Source: Macrostomum lignano
Taxonomy: Eukaryota
Direction of reading: 5' to 3'
Assembly: GCA_002269645.1 (NCBI GenBank)
Contig: NIVC01001319.1
Location: 124,001-188,000 of the forward strand
DNA: 64,000 nucleotides
In this document: positions 1-14,200 of the stretch, piece by piece
Layout of the letters: each line of letters begins with the position of its first letter
Position numbering within the stretch: the stretch's first letter is position 1
The notes under the pieces: generated by a model
Database searches by the model: none
Told to the model about the DNA's origin: nothing
Seen by the model: only the letters and a program-made list of their open reading frames with translations
Program-made: the position numbers and the translations under genes

Positions 1-556
1 AGTCAGTGTGACCGTTCCTCTGTATGTGTCCGCCGGAAACTCGGGGTGCTTGGTGACCAGACGACCGCGGATTTCCTCGATCGTTCTCTTACAGGGAGGC
101 GATGGGCGAGCTTTCTCAATGACCAGCTCCGGGAGCTGTGTCTTGGTAGTACCCCAGTCGATGCTAGGGAGGTTCGCTAAGGCGATGTTAAGCTGGTCCT
201 CGCTCTTGAGGGCGAGGATAATATTACCATTAAAGAACTTAATAGACTCGACTTCAACTTCGAGTTGCTCCCATTGTGCCAGAGGAAGTCGACATGAGCG
301 ACGGTGTCATTTATCTGAGCATCGTTCAGTGTCCAACTACTAGGATTTTGTTGAGGGGCTCAGTTGCCACCTTGGCGTAGGAATTCGCCGTCTCCCTACC
401 CTTGGAGTTCTTCGTGCTCTGAGGGGTAACCGTGCTGTCCTCTGGCTGCTGCCACCTGCGAACACTGCTAGGGGCCTCGCTATCGTTGGTATCACCACCA
501 ATTTCTCCGCCAGTGGGAGTAAAGCTTCCCCCACTTGGGGTAAGCATAGTAGCCAA
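1..556 (-). pseudogene. Gag-like ORF1 remnant of a non-LTR retrotransposon
   Basis: Low-complexity N-terminus ending in SYAKVA. After a frameshift near 290 the minus strand reads LAQWEQLEVEVESIKFFNGNIILALKSEDQL...IEEIRGRLVTKHPEF and stays open to the window edge. Confidence 0.45.
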
Positions 557-599
557 AAGTTAGTCAATGTTTCCGCAGAGACATGTTAAAACTACTAAC

Positions 600-2160
600 T
601 GAAGCCAATCTACCGTACTCTGGCTAGGACCTCGCCAGCATCGAACAGCGATGCAATTTCCCCGTTGAGACCCTAAACACCGCCATTCGCGCTAAAGCCC
701 CTAAACTGAATTACAGGAAGAAATACTCTCCTTGGTGGAGTCCTGAGCTCACTCTCATGAAGAAAAATGAACGGTGATGAAAGGCCGCTTCTTGCTTACT
801 CCGCTTCAGTGGAATGTCGTCATGAACGAGCTCCTAATTGCTGACATTCCCAGCAGTATCAACAGGGTGGGCTACGCAGACGCCGTTGCTGCGGTCGTCA
901 GCGGACCCGACCCCGCTACCCTGCGCAACCTGATGCAGCAATTCGCCAACAAGACGGCTGACTGGGCCACGCAGCATGGCCTCAAAATCTTGTCTTGTCT
1001 TGTCTTGTCGGGCCATTCGACCTCCTAAGAGGCATGCCCCTCATTGGCTTTGAGTCGGTTCCGCGGTGCAGACTTTTCGGTGTCTTGCTCTTTACATCGG
1101 TTTTGGCCTCCTTTGCATTTGCTGCTCCCTTTTTGTTTCCGCACAGCCGAGGCGTGCGGTCTACGCTTGCTACTACTAGAAGGTAGGAGCAACATGAGCA
1201 AGCTGGCCTCAAAATCAACGTCGCAAAGACAGTCGTCATCTTCACCAAGCGCCGAGCGTGGGAGATGCAAACCCTCACTGTTTATGGTAGGAACATCCCC
1301 TTCAAGAAGGAGATCAAGAATCTCGGTGTGACGCTAGCGCATGACCTGCGCTGGACGAAGCACCTTGACAACGTCATTGGTCGGGCGAAGCGCTGCTTCG
1401 CTCAGCTGCCCAGAGCCATCGGGCCGACCTGGGGCCTCTCCCCAAAAAAGGTCCGTTTTCCCCAAAATCTGCCTCTCGACTTATCAGAGATAAAACGTTA
1501 AATCACGCGCCCCCTGGTTTCATGTCAATGAAAACTCTAATCCCGGATATAGACTTCGTCCGTCGCGACCTTACCAGCATCCACATGGACCCGGACAATG
1601 TGGATAGTCGTCTCCCTGCTCTCAACATCAGGAGGGGCTTCCAGACCCCCATTCCTGGTCGAGACAGCATTCCGCTGGACGTCGGCGTGAACCGGCGCAG
1701 TTAGGGCATCCACTGCTTCACCGACGGCTCGTTGTTTAACTGCCTCGCTGGAGCGGGTATCGTCATCTTCCATGAGGGTAGGATATATGCTCTTCCAGGA
1801 AATTCTGGACCACGGTAAGAACACCATGGTTTTTCCAAGCCAAACTTTGCGCCATTGAGCATGCGCCCAGTACCCGCTCCAGGCAAACATCAATAATTTC
1901 AATATTAATTTTTACACTGATAGCCAAGCCGCTTTCAAGGCCTTAACCAGCGAAAAAATCTCCGCTGCAACGCGGTATCTCAATGTCACTGCAGTGTGCA
2001 ATCTCTCTCACTCCTTAACATGATTAGAATTACATGTATCTGGATACCCGGTCACAGCAATATCCTAGCTGGGCAACGAGGCTCGCGGATTCTCTCGCCA
2101 AAGAGGGCAGCAACCCTGACGGCAATCACTGTCTGATGAGGTTACCCATCCCTAGGTCGC
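600..2160 (+). mobile_element. Decayed LINE ORF2 (R1/LOA/I-type) with RT and RNase H; internally deleted and frameshifted
   Basis: PWWSPEL linker; RT-like [43 protein letters not shown]; RNase H motifs FTDGS (1717-1731), YTDSQAA (about 1913-1933), WIPGHS (2041-2058). Confidence 0.85.
990..1203 (-). mobile_element. 5'-truncated retroposed insert with a (CAAGA)n tail, nested in the LINE RT
   Basis: 13-bp direct repeat TGGCCTCAAAATC at 977-989 and 1204-1216; (TCTTG)n at the left end; removing the insert rejoins GLK-INVAKT. Confidence 0.8.
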
Positions 2161-2349
<189 letters not shown>

Positions 2350-3177
2350 GTTTTCATTCTTATAGTTAAAGATAGGTAGATGTATCCCATTCGGGAGACG
2401 TATTAGGATAGAGTTATCCGGCTTTCAATGACTATTCTCTCTTTTATGGATCAGGTAAGGTCCGATAGAGAAACCTGTTCAATTGGCCGCCACTTCAATT
2501 GAGAAACTACGAGTAGTTTAGTTCACATGTGAAATCACCATCTTTTCACTTTTATCCCTTTTGGGGAAGCCCTTTCATAGGGCCTTTTATTGACGGCTTT
2601 AATTTAATTTTTTCATTTCAGATATATTATTAACTAATTATTAGGATTGCGGGTTCTCATGTTTATTGACTTGTCATTCCAAAATGCACTTAAGTTGACA
2701 TACACACGTATCTCTTAGTCTATTCAGCGAAAAGATTTTTTGCAAGTTGAATAACTGCTGGCATGACATGACGCTACGTAAACACCAAATATGCGCAAAA
2801 TCAAAAAAGACCACGATTTTTACTCTATCGTAGAGCTATCCTTAATTATACTCGATATTTGTTATATTTTTTAATATCTAACTGCCTTTTCTGAATCGCA
2901 TTCTAGAAGAATCGTTTTGCTTTAAGGTCATATATATATACATGTACGACATTGATTTTTTTATTTTTCCCTGCTTAGAATCTTGTTATTCTGGCGTTAG
3001 TCGTTAATCGGCTGGAAAACCGTTTCAAAAAACTCTAGACGCTCTTTCAAATACCTTACTTTTACAAATATCGTAACTCGCATCGTAACTCGTGTAAAAA
3101 TTTAACCTTTTGAACAAATACTAAATACATCGGACTATACTGGCAAAACAGGCTCCTTAAGCCTGAGCCAAAAATTT

Positions 3178-3292
3178 ACTACTACTACTACTCTATTTAT
3201 TAATAATAATAATAGTAATAATAATAATAATAATAATGATAATAATAAAGATAATAATAATAACAATATAAATAATAATACTAATAATAACC
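3178..3292. repeat. (TAC)n plus imperfect (AAT)n microsatellite
   Basis: Read directly. Confidence 0.9.
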
Positions 3293-5263
3293 GTTAAAAT
3301 TAAAATTTATTATTTGATCAAGCCCATAGAATTACCTATAGTAGTTTGCCCGTGGGGCGTAAAACAACCAATTTATCTTATCTCTAAGCGAGCTCTAAGA
3401 AAATAACGTTCCGTAATACATAAACTACGGTGGTGGAAGCGATACGCTACTCTTAGTCAAGGACCATTAGAAACACTTCGTTATAGTCTAGTAGTCCTTG
3501 CTCTTAGTAAGCATCAACAAAATTATGACGTACATTAAATTTACGGTGTCTAAGAACCCAAGTTTGAACCGTGCCTAACGAAGACCGCTCGACTATGATT
3601 ACGACTACCCTCCCCCGGAACTGAGGACCCTGCAGACGGAGCATACAGGAGAAAATTCGTTGAGATTCGACTGCGCGATTTTCCGGCTTTATTCGGGCGA
3701 ACTCTGAGCCGGCGGCAATTCAAGCTCACGCAACCGCGCCAAACCGCCCGCCTTCTTCAATCTTCGGGGAATTTAGAGGTAGGCCGCTGGTCTTTTTTGT
3801 AAATTTCATCATCTTCAGCCTTTGGAACAGATCCGCACAAGTAAGTTGCTATTTTAAGCTGAGTACACGGTACAGCCTAGGTGCATGTCCACATTGTCTC
3901 ATCAACAAATAGTTGATCATTCATGCCTAGGCCTAATCTAAGCGCAAGCCTTCGTGGCTTAACGTTGACAATGCTACCAAACTGTAGTGCTTAACGCATA
4001 TCACCTTGGCTGGCTTGGGGCCGGTCTAGAATGCCTTCGATTGAACTCTTTTGTATGTGTAAACTGTATAGTATGCACTCTAGTTAGAGTCTCTAGTGAG
4101 ATTTATTATTTTTGAGACTTGCATTTGATAGGCCTAGCTATTGGCCTTTTGATAGAGGAGAATAGCATCCATCATCACAAACTGGCTTCATTTATTAATT
4201 TTGGTAATTAAACGATAATTTATAGCATTTTTTGTCCAAAAAATTGTTTTTCAGATAAGGAGGCCTGGGTAGGAAAAATATATTATAACCAAATTAAAAA
4301 ATATAAGTATAAATAACTATAACTTGTAGGGGGTCCAGTGAGAAATTTTTTTCCAAAATCCAAATTTTCAACCATGCCACATGTAGCCCTAGGTATTATG
4401 AGTGAAATGACACTAGACTTTTAAAAATTGATTAAGTAGTAAAAAAGTTATGTCTTATGAATTTTTTCATTTAAAAAAATGGTGTTTTTTTCCTATCTCA
4501 AATACATTTTTAGCACGCCAGTTTGCCAACCTTTGCTACTGCTATTGCCTGGTCCCCTTTAGAGAAGAGGGGTGCTGATGCAGGCCTTTGAGAAACTATG
4601 CGCAATCTTTGGGCCTAGCTGAAATGATCATAGGCAACTGTGTAAAAAGCTGCACCATGAGCTTGTCAGGCACTCATAGCAGATACTATATAGTGTATAG
4701 TATAGTTGCAGCATGTCTGGCATCTGAAAGATCTGCAAATAAAAAATGGATTAGTGATAAATGCATAAAAGATAAAGCATATATGATTTCTTTTCAAATG
4801 TACAACCCCTCAATGAGTCAATGTACATTTTTCCTATCTCTATATAGTATATTTTGCATGTATACCTGTGGTCCTGTGCCAATATGCTTAATAACTTTGA
4901 TGTGGCAAAAGTTATCAGGATGTGCCTTTAGGACAAAGAGCTTGGCCTGTTTTGCTATCATTTTATCAAAGAAACTAACTGGCCATTCTTTTGAGCTTTG
5001 AAAATTTCCTAAGTTTTATGCCCTTTATGGGGATTTGCATGCATTTTGATGATTTCTGTTAAGCATACTGTGGCAAGAGCTACACTCATCCTGTCTTGCC
5101 TAAAAGTTTCATTTTGTCACTGGAAGTAAGTAGCAAAAAGAATTAGGATAGCCACTTTTTCCATTCAAAAGTTATGGCCATTTTAAATTTTACATATACA
5201 TGTACATGTACATATTTTTTAACAAAAAAAGTTTGCTTAAAATGACCTGCAGGAAGTTACCTA

Positions 5264-6222
5264 CAAGGGTCATCCCAAAAGTTTCAGCAATCAAATGATT
5301 TTGTGCCATAGACAACTTTTAGAACTACAGCACTTATACCACACAAAAGATGAGCATATTTCAGGTGTCTGAGTAAGTTTTTAGCATTCTAGCTTCAAAA
5401 TTCTGTTTTCTAAAGAACATTTTGTGAGATACTAAATCAAACATCGGCCAACAACAATAAAATGGAATTTCTGTCAAACTTGGAGCAGCGCTCATACATT
5501 AAAATGGAATGTCTTCCTGGTGTCCCTGCAGCTCAAATTCACCGTCAGTTGCTGCAGGCCGATAAGCCAAATGCGATGAGCCAGTGAGCTGTGTACGACT
5601 AGTACAGTCAATTCAAGAATGGCCGCTCTGATGTCAAGGATGATGTTGAGGACGAGGAAGGCCAAAAGAAGCTCGCACAGAGTTGAACATCGAGTTGATC
5701 CAAGGGCTGCTAAACATTGATTGCCGTTAGACATGCGAAGAAATGGCTGAGTTGTTTGGAATCCCCTTGTCAAGCTTCATTATTCATCATCTTCGGCCTG
5801 CCTTGCGCAAAAAGTGGCCACAGACCCTAGAACTTGGTCCACTCCTTCTGCACAACAATGCCAGTTCGCACACAGCCCGCATTGTGCAGGACCTATTGCG
5901 GGACTACCAGTGGAAGATGCTGCCTCATCCTCCTTACTCCCTAGACCTCAGTCCCTGCGATTTCGACCTTTTTACAAAGCTTAAGAACCAGCTCCAAGGG
6001 CGTCGTTTTCATTGCCTGGATGACCTATTCAGCAAGGTTGGCCGCATTGCAAAAGACCTGTGCAAATCCGGCGCTGCTGACGGCGTTCAGAAGTTGCCTG
6101 GCTACTGGGAGTGCACAATTCAAGTCAACAGAAGGTTTGAAGGTTTTTGACATGTTGATCGTTCTGACACTTGTTTGTTGAAAATTAATAGGTGTTTGCT
6201 AAAAATTTTGGGATGACACTTG
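5264..6222 (+). mobile_element. Internally deleted mariner (Tc1/mariner) element
   Basis: Imperfect TIRs of about 27 bp (CAAGGGTCATCCCAAAAGTTTCAGCAA left; CAAGTGTCATCCCAAAATTTTTAGCAA as reverse complement of the right end); TA at 5262-5263 and 6223-6224. Confidence 0.92.
5462..6150 (+). pseudogene. Mariner transposase pseudogene (HTH N-terminus fused to the C-terminal catalytic part)
   Basis: MEFLSNLEQRSYIKME...FKNGRSDVKDD with stops; deletion near 5772; then LLLHNNASSH, HPPYSLDLSPCDFDLF, KLPGYWEC...FEGF. Confidence 0.9.
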
Positions 6223-8354
6223 TACACAATATGTAAGCACTCTTAGCAGTTGTGTACTCTTTTACTAAAAAACAAATCCTCCCAACCCTATATTTTCAAG
6301 CAAATTTGGCATAGTTTTGAAAATGTACAAAAATGTACACAATGTTAGACATTCTGTATCTTTGTAATAGTATGTCCTAAGCATATAAACTTTATGTCGT
6401 TTGAAAGATCTATTTGTCTAATTTTCAATGAATTTAAGAAAATAGCCATATCTTATATATTAAAAAAGTTACAGCCATTAAAGAAAACCAATTTTTCATG
6501 TTTTTTTGCACACTAAAAATAGGCTCGTTGGACACCTTAATATAAGTATATATGTAGACTGTGGTTTAACAATTATTTTCCCAATAGGCCTATATTATCA
6601 ATATGCAAAGGATAATAGCTCTATAAAAAGTTTATAATTAAAAAAAATTATATAAAGGTTTATGTCTATACTGGAGTAAGCTAAGTGCTAGGAGATTTTA
6701 GAATTAATGCAGGTACAACCTGGTATACTACTAGTGCATTTTGCTTAATATACCTGATGGTAATGCATAATAAAAATATTTTTTGATAACTTCTAGTATA
6801 AACTACATATAATATATAACATGATTTTGATTGACTAGATTATAATAAGTTGATAATTAATAAAAGCTTTGGCCCTATAGTCCGGATCATAGCAGGCGCC
6901 ATAGTGTTAAAGGATGTCTATGTATAATAGAACATAAATTAAAATTTTGGCTTGTTATATGATAGTATGACAGATTGAAAAATGGTACTACTGGTGTACA
7001 ATAAAGTACAATAAGAATAAACACATACATAAATACAAATAATATAAATATATTCTAGTTTTCTAGAAAGTGCAAAGTAAAACAACAATTATATTGTTAC
7101 TTACTGACTACACACAATGCATATCAGTTAGAAAAACAAAACAAATATAAAAGTTTTCTTATGCATGAATTTTGTTTTTGATTTTTTCGTTGGCAACAGT
7201 GCCATCATAGTAAATGGGTTTTAAATATGGAAATGACTTGAAAACTACAGTTAACAAAAAAACTTCATGACGTATGAATTGTATATTATTTTGAGAAATT
7301 CAAAACTTTTACTTAACTTTTAAACAGCTATTTTGTTTGCTAAAAACAGATATTCTTTGTTTTAATTTTAATTTCTCATGATTGTGTTAATATTTTCTAT
7401 TTTAGTTTCCAGTTATTTTTGAAAAGCTTTTAATGTTAGTTGATATTTTAACTACACAATTACATCAGCCTTGAACTTGGCTTTTTTGTATGCCAACTGT
7501 GTATACTTTATGTTGAACTTGATAGTTCTATATGCCAAGTGTACGCCAAGATTGTCAGTAAGAGCAATATGCCAGAAAATTCCAGCGTAAAGGCCACCTT
7601 CTGGACTATGGCTTTGGCCAATTGGCAATGGAATTGGTTTTTATCAATGTTAAACTGATGTTAAAATATAATAAAAGTAACATAAGATAGTTGCATATTC
7701 AAGTCTAGATGATTCATAGTTCAAATTGTGAATTAGTATATGCTAAGTCCAATGGAGAAAAGTACAGGACTATATTTATTGCTAGGACTAGAGGTTAGAC
7801 AAGATCTTAATTTTATGATAAATATATAAGATTTTGACTTTTTTCTCAATCAAATCTTGGTTAAAAAAGTGCCAAAAATCTAAATACTAACTCTGCGAGT
7901 TTCCAAAAGATAATCCATCGTTGGAAATCTAAATAATTTGCTTTGGTGCTTAGAAGTAGCTTGCAGTTGTCTTTTATTTTCTCTAAATAGTGGGTTTGCT
8001 TCGGAAGAGATAGAGATTTGTGAATCTTCTTCAAATAAGGAACCCATCATGCAGCTACTTTTGGTGCTTGTTATCCTTTTGTTTTTCAAACTCTTCAAGG
8101 ACATTGATTGTGAAGTCTGGCATAAGATCCTCTATCTTAAACTCTAGTTCGATGACTTGAGTGTATTCCAGTTCAATAGTTTGAGCATATTGTCTGCGGA
8201 CCTGAGTAGGCTGTCTTGGAGGAGGATTTCTCTGTTGTCGATAAGGTACCAAGGCATTTCCTTGTCTATTCTGTTGTGGGTTCCAATTGCAATTTTGAGG
8301 ACGAGTCCAATTTTTTCTTCCATTGTTGTTATATTGTCTTGGATTGCCACGTGA

Positions 8355-9137
8355 TTAGCAGTCTTTGGCATAATGACCAATTCTTCCACAGGTGTAGCAA
8401 TAGGGTGGCAGAGTGTATCTCTGTCGCTGTGGCATGATTGCAGAAATTTGATGTTGCTGCATAAGTTTGCTCAATTGTTCTGCCAATTGTGTTGTATCAC
8501 TACTACAAGTAATCAATAGTGGGGCACTTGCTTCCCATTGCATGCCGCAATGAATTAGTGGTTCCTCTGTCTCAATGGTTTCTCTTAACAACCTGTCTCG
8601 CAGCGAAGGTTGAGTATTATTAATGACATAGAGGATTAGACCTTGTTCTTGGTCAGCAATGCGTTGTCTTTCTTGTACAGCTATTTCTGCTGGTCTGATA
8701 GGCTAAACTCCTGGGTTCGGCGGTGATGGCTGGTGCAACGCTTTAATAATTTTGCAAACATCATCAACGAAAGTAAGGAAGGATTCCATCGGACTCATTT
8801 TTTGGTTATGAAGTTTGTGTAGAAGCACATATCGATTGTTTCCACATCTCAGTTGTGTAACGAAAGTATGATAGTCTTGCAATGCTGCGGCATTTAATTT
8901 GCCATAAATTTCTCCAGCAGTACCTTCTAGCAGTGGAGGAAGAAGAAGTGCTTTTTCTGGATTTAGTGGTCCATATTCGCGAGTTACAAGGTCGAAGTGT
9001 TCAATGAAGGTGTTGAAATCCTTATCCATGTTATACATACCAACAGTTTCCTTGACATCGTGATACACTGTAGGGTTTCTTCGAGCCATATTTTCAAATG
9101 GAAATGGCAAAAGGACAAGATCCGGATCAATTTCCAA
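8355..9137 (-). pseudogene. Gypsy-type gag remnant with CCHC zinc knuckle
   Basis: Capsid-like FNTFIEHFDLV...LLEGTAGEIYGKL...YHTFVTQL; CYTCGRIGHYAKDC (C-X2-C-X4-H-X4-C) at 8358-8399. Confidence 0.8.
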
Positions 9138-10366
9138 AGGATTTTCCAGATTGAACTTTCAATGTGGTGTTGCGTGTGTATGTGTAGGTGTGCAAGCTCT
9201 TATTTACTTAAGAGAAAAGAAAAATAGACATGAAGCAAAAAAATTATGTGTTGCCTTTACCAAAGAAAAAAATTGAGATAGGATATTCGTGAATTTAACA
9301 AAAGTATAAAACGGTGCGCAAAAATCAAAGGGTCTATATGCAAACAATGGCCGTTCGGTAAAAGTTCAATAAAAATTTGCGCAAAGAACTTAGTGTCAAA
9401 GTGCTTTCACCGATCTAGCCTGGCAGCGCCTGAGCCTAAACGAGATCACCAGTTAAAGAGTTTAAGAGTGGTGATCAGTCACTCAAAAACTCCCACTTCT
9501 AGACACTAAAGAACAAGTGCCTAGGTATATGCAAAATCAAATAACTCTTACTGCAGTGGATCCTTTAGTGGCGTGTAGACATATTGGTTTGGCTTAGGTG
9601 ACTCGTTGCTTCCGTGAGTCCTTGACTTTTATCTGTGGGTCGACAAAAACAAGAGCGAATCAGAACTTCTTGATGGTCCTCGAGCTCGGAATTAACAATA
9701 GAACATGCGCCCTAATGAACAATTGAATTCTCTAAGTTTCTGTGATAGGTCCTCCTGAGAGGCGGCTTCTTCGTTACGCCCAAAACGTAACGGATAACTC
9801 AATTAAATCAATAAATCCTCTAGAAATGTATCCTAGGAAACAAGGAGGCCTTTCTCAAATGTATTAACAATGAACTGCTCTTGTATAACTCAATTAATCA
9901 CTAACTAATAGTTAATTAATAAATCAACTTAATAACGCTAACAATCAAAGAACTGAATCCAGTAAACGCTTACCAATTGGACAAGTGTGGTCCCTCAGAG
10001 ATTGGCCTTCTTTGTTCCTTCAGAGTCTTCTTAGAGACCGCTCTGAGTCTGAATTTTTGACTCGAATTTTCACTTATATTTATAACAAAATTTTGGAGAA
10101 AAACCGGTTTGGATTGGGTATTTACTTAGGTCATAAATGTTTGATTAAGCAGTCTTGCATGTTTGAACATTACCATATATGGAGTTAAACAAATACAGCT
10201 GCTGAAATCCGGTTCCTTGATCAAACAATATAGGGTTCTAAATCATTCTTTTTGCCCCAGAATGTCACTTTGATGGTCTGGTGATACTGCCTGTGATCCG
10301 TTTTTTCTGCTTCTGCTTTTCCTGATCATGCTGGCATTGCAGTTGTTGGTTGCAGAGTGCGGCAAG

Positions 10367-10535
10367 CTAGAGGGGTATCCAGCCAATCTCCCCCAAGAGC
10401 CGCGCCACCAGTTGACCATTGGCGAGTTCTTTCAGTCCAGTAATTCCAATCTGACGTCGAGCCCCATCAAGGGCCGGGCAGCTGACCAGGTGGTACTGTT
10501 CCACCTCCAGGCCGCATCGAGCGCAGGTAGCGTGG
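10367..10535 (-). pseudogene. 3' end of a LINE ORF2 (C-terminal CCHC region)
   Basis: Manual translation ATCARCGLEVEQYHLVSCPALDGARRQIG...VARLLGEIGWIPL*. Confidence 0.65.
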
Positions 10536-11279
10536 TCTAATTGTCCGATCCTGCGCTGTGGCGTTGCAGTTGCTGCTGCTCATTTTACTGCTGAATGCTT
10601 AGATGAGCTTGCTGCTTGACACCAATCCAATCCTTTCACTAGGGGAGTCACGATCAAGGACGTCAGGAATGGAGGCCTCCAGCTTCAATAATATTTTGTT
10701 GCCAGATAAAGCCGTCATTCAGTGATTGTTTCCTTTGTTTCATTTTTATGAAAGTGCATGCAAATGTGAGACTACTTTTGAGACATTCCTTAAAAATCCC
10801 GTCGGTCAGTAAGTACGAGTTTAGGGCAGAAAGTCCGTGCAAATCAGACAATTTTAAAGAATTTACAAAATTTTTACCGAATTTTCTCCATCTGATTAAG
10901 CGAGAACTTTCGCCGATGTTAAACCAAATAAAAAAAAAATTGCTTATTTTATAACGAATTTTCTTAGTTGTTACCCTATTTAAAAAGACTGAAGAACATC
11001 TCGAATTTTTCTCTTTTTTTCTGATGTAGAAACGGTCGATATGTGTCAAGATTTTTAAAGAAAAAGTCAATAATTGTTTTCGCCGATTTTCCAAGAGACA
11101 ATAGGACAACATTTTTGTAAAATTTTACTAAAAAATCTAACCGTTTTTGCGAATTCTTCTAAGAAGGTATTGTATCCACTTAGTCCGATTTGTTCCAGAT
11201 GAAATATTTTACATATTATGGGTTCCCCCATAAACTTTTCCTTCTGCCAACAGTTCAGGAAGACAGCAAACAATGGACT

Positions 11280-14200
11280 CGATATTACTTTCTCTGTGTG
11301 ATCCCTAGAGTCACATTCTTTAACTTCTTGCGAGGATCGTTCCTCTTCAATCAGTATATTTTATAAGCTAACGCAGTGTACGCGAGCAAAGAGGAATAGG
11401 AGCAGTAGGGGAGCAGTAAACTTCGAAGCTCTGTCGCAGATTTAGGTTTCGGTCAGTTCCTGATTGCTTCTAATTTTGTCGCATCTCTCTTAATTCCTGA
11501 TTTGCCTATGACGTGTCCTATATATTGTAATTCAGATTTGAAAAGGTGACATTTCTTAGCTTTTATTTTCATATTAGTTTGGATAAGTCTTTCGAGCACT
11601 TCCTTCAGGTGTTCTAAGTGAGATTCAAAGTCTACTATGAACTATTACATCATCTAAGTAAGCTATGGCGAACTTTTGTGCAACGTCCTTGAGAACTAAG
11701 TTTATGCACCTTTGAAAAGTTCCTGGAGCTCCTTGCAAACCCATTGGTAACACTTCGTACTCAAACGAACCTCGATGTAAAGTTGGAAAGCTAGTCTTGC
11801 ACTTATCTTCTTCCCAAAGAGCTATCTGATAATATCCCGAAAGTAGATCTAACGTAGATAATTAAGTGGCTTTGTGGAGGCACGAGAATGTTTCATTTAT
11901 ATTAGTTATAGGATGCGGAAAGTACTCCGATTTGTTATTTAGTGCTCGATAGTCGTTAACTAGTCTCAGCGAACCATCTTTCTTAGGTACTATGACTAAT
12001 GGAGTCGAGTACTGCGAGTAACTAGGCCTAATGATGCCTCTAGCCAACATGAGCCTCTAACTGCTCATCTACCTCCTTGATCCGATGAGGTGGAATTTTC
12101 CTAGCTGGTATCTGAACTGGGTTGTTTTCCTTCAAGATTATCTCATGAGTGACTAAATGCGTTCTAACTCGTGCTGTGAGAAAGCTGCTGAATGTTCGTT
12201 GACGACCTCGATCACCTTCTGTCTTTGCTCCTGAGTCAGTTTATTTCCTATGTTAATGTCACTAATCCAGTCTTCTAATTTTTCTTGCACCTGTCTGATG
12301 TTTTCGCAAAACTGCGTGTCCCTATTGTGGCACGACTGCGCTGTTTCGGGTTGCTCCTTACGATAGTTTAATTCCCTGGTCAAGAGTGGCTTAGCCATCC
12401 CTACTAACGCTGATGCTGGAACTCTAGCTTCCTGTGAACTGGTGTTAATCACTTCTACATAAGCTTCTCCTTGCCTAAGAGTTACTAAACTTGGCTCTAC
12501 AGTTACTTACTCTGCTCTAGTTTTTAATCCTGATCTGAATGGCTCAACAACTGACGGCACTCCGAAATTAGTTTTACTCTCCGTGGCTAATCTAACCTTA
12601 ACTAAACCTTAAGTTAACTGTAAACCTTGAGTAAGTAAACCTTAAGTAAGTAATAGTTAACCTTGACTAAACTATTAGCTGAAACTGTCGTCTTTTCTGC
12701 CACATAGATTCCTTTAACTCGAGGCTTAGCTCTGGTTGATCGAAGTGGAATTCTAGTTCCTTGCTTCATAGTTAGCATTCTTGCTTCAAAGTCGATAATA
12801 GTACAATATTTTTAGACAAACGTCACACCTATTGCATTGTTTAGGTCTGCGTCACATGAGAGAAACTCGATTTCTTCGAAATCACCAAATATCGCCTTAA
12901 TAACTACGGAACCCTTAATTAGAATTAGCTCTTCCGTGAATGATACGATTATATTGTTCCACCACCTAATTAAGTGAATATTCTTGTCAGTGAAAAGATG
13001 CTTCCAGTTTTCGCGTCCTAGAATGTTCCTATTGCTTCCAGTGTCTAATAAGTAAACTACCTCCTTATTTAGAATGCTGCCAGTTATATACGGATCGTAA
13101 TTTTGTTTTTTAGTTGATTCACTCAATTTTGTGGTTTCATTTGCTGCTTACTAGAACAAGTTTGCTGCTGTGGTGCGTGTGAAAAGTGCTAAGAATAAGT
13201 AATTGGCTGATTAAATGATTGATTAAATAGTTGCGCATGCATACTGTTATACACTGAAGAATTCAATTCACTATTTACAGAAAAACTATTGCTGCTATTT
13301 CGCTGCTGCCTTGGCCTTGTTGCTGGCCTTGGTACGGCTTCTGCTTAGCCTTCTGCTCAGTTATAGAATTCTAGATTACTACTGGAAGTGAAGGCTTTTT
13401 TGGGGAATGTACACAATCGGGCCGACTTAAAAACTTGCTTCATATTGAATAATACGAAAGTAATACTAATTTTTAAAAAAAATTCATTCCTATTAATTAT
13501 TTTAGTGAAATTTACCTGTTATCTAGTAGAAATATCGAACGATTATAATGATATTCACCAAGCGATAAAAACTTACACGTCATTATTTGTCGCAAGCTTT
13601 CTCGCAGGAGTCGCTAAGGCGGAAAGCCGCCGAGTCCATAATACGTGATGTTTGAATCGGCGGGTCCAGATTCAGTAGGCTCACTATTTTCTCAGCTTCC
13701 TCTTCGATTCCTGGACTATCAATAATTCTGTCCGTTGCAAGAGACTGGATGTCCTGAGGTGCTACACAACTAAACTTTAGAAGCGAAACAGAACGAACAG
13801 CCTTCTCACCATCATCTTTACATGAGACGTAGTAGTTCAGTCCCTTCCGGTGACGATACCATCTGAATCTGCCCTCAAGTGGGTCAGATTGCATCGCCCC
13901 TAAGAAAACGTACTCAAACATGAGACTGTTCAACAGGTGCCTGTATGCTTCAATCAGCGCATCCAGTGTGTGGCTAAGAGCCATAGAGGTTTCGTCACTC
14001 AAGCCTTTGCTTTTACAGGTCTTCCACTCGCGCACGTAGCTCGCCACATCTTTCAGATATGCCAACTTCCAATCCATATCGGACCTAATGGGGCTCTACT
14101 GCCGCTATCTCATCTGCGATACACCTTTGCTTAAAAGCCTGAATCCACACGTCTATATCTTGATAAGGCGTGCACTTCTGGATCTTTATATGCTTCCTAA

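Noticed and set aside
4325-6540. Possible larger DNA transposon (AGGGGGTCCAG... / ...TGGACACC-TTAA) surrounding the mariner
   Set aside because: The inverted match is short and imperfect, and TTAA is present on one side only.
10663-11273. Minus-strand ORFs of 149 and 68 aa
   Set aside because: AT-rich, with no recognisable motif.
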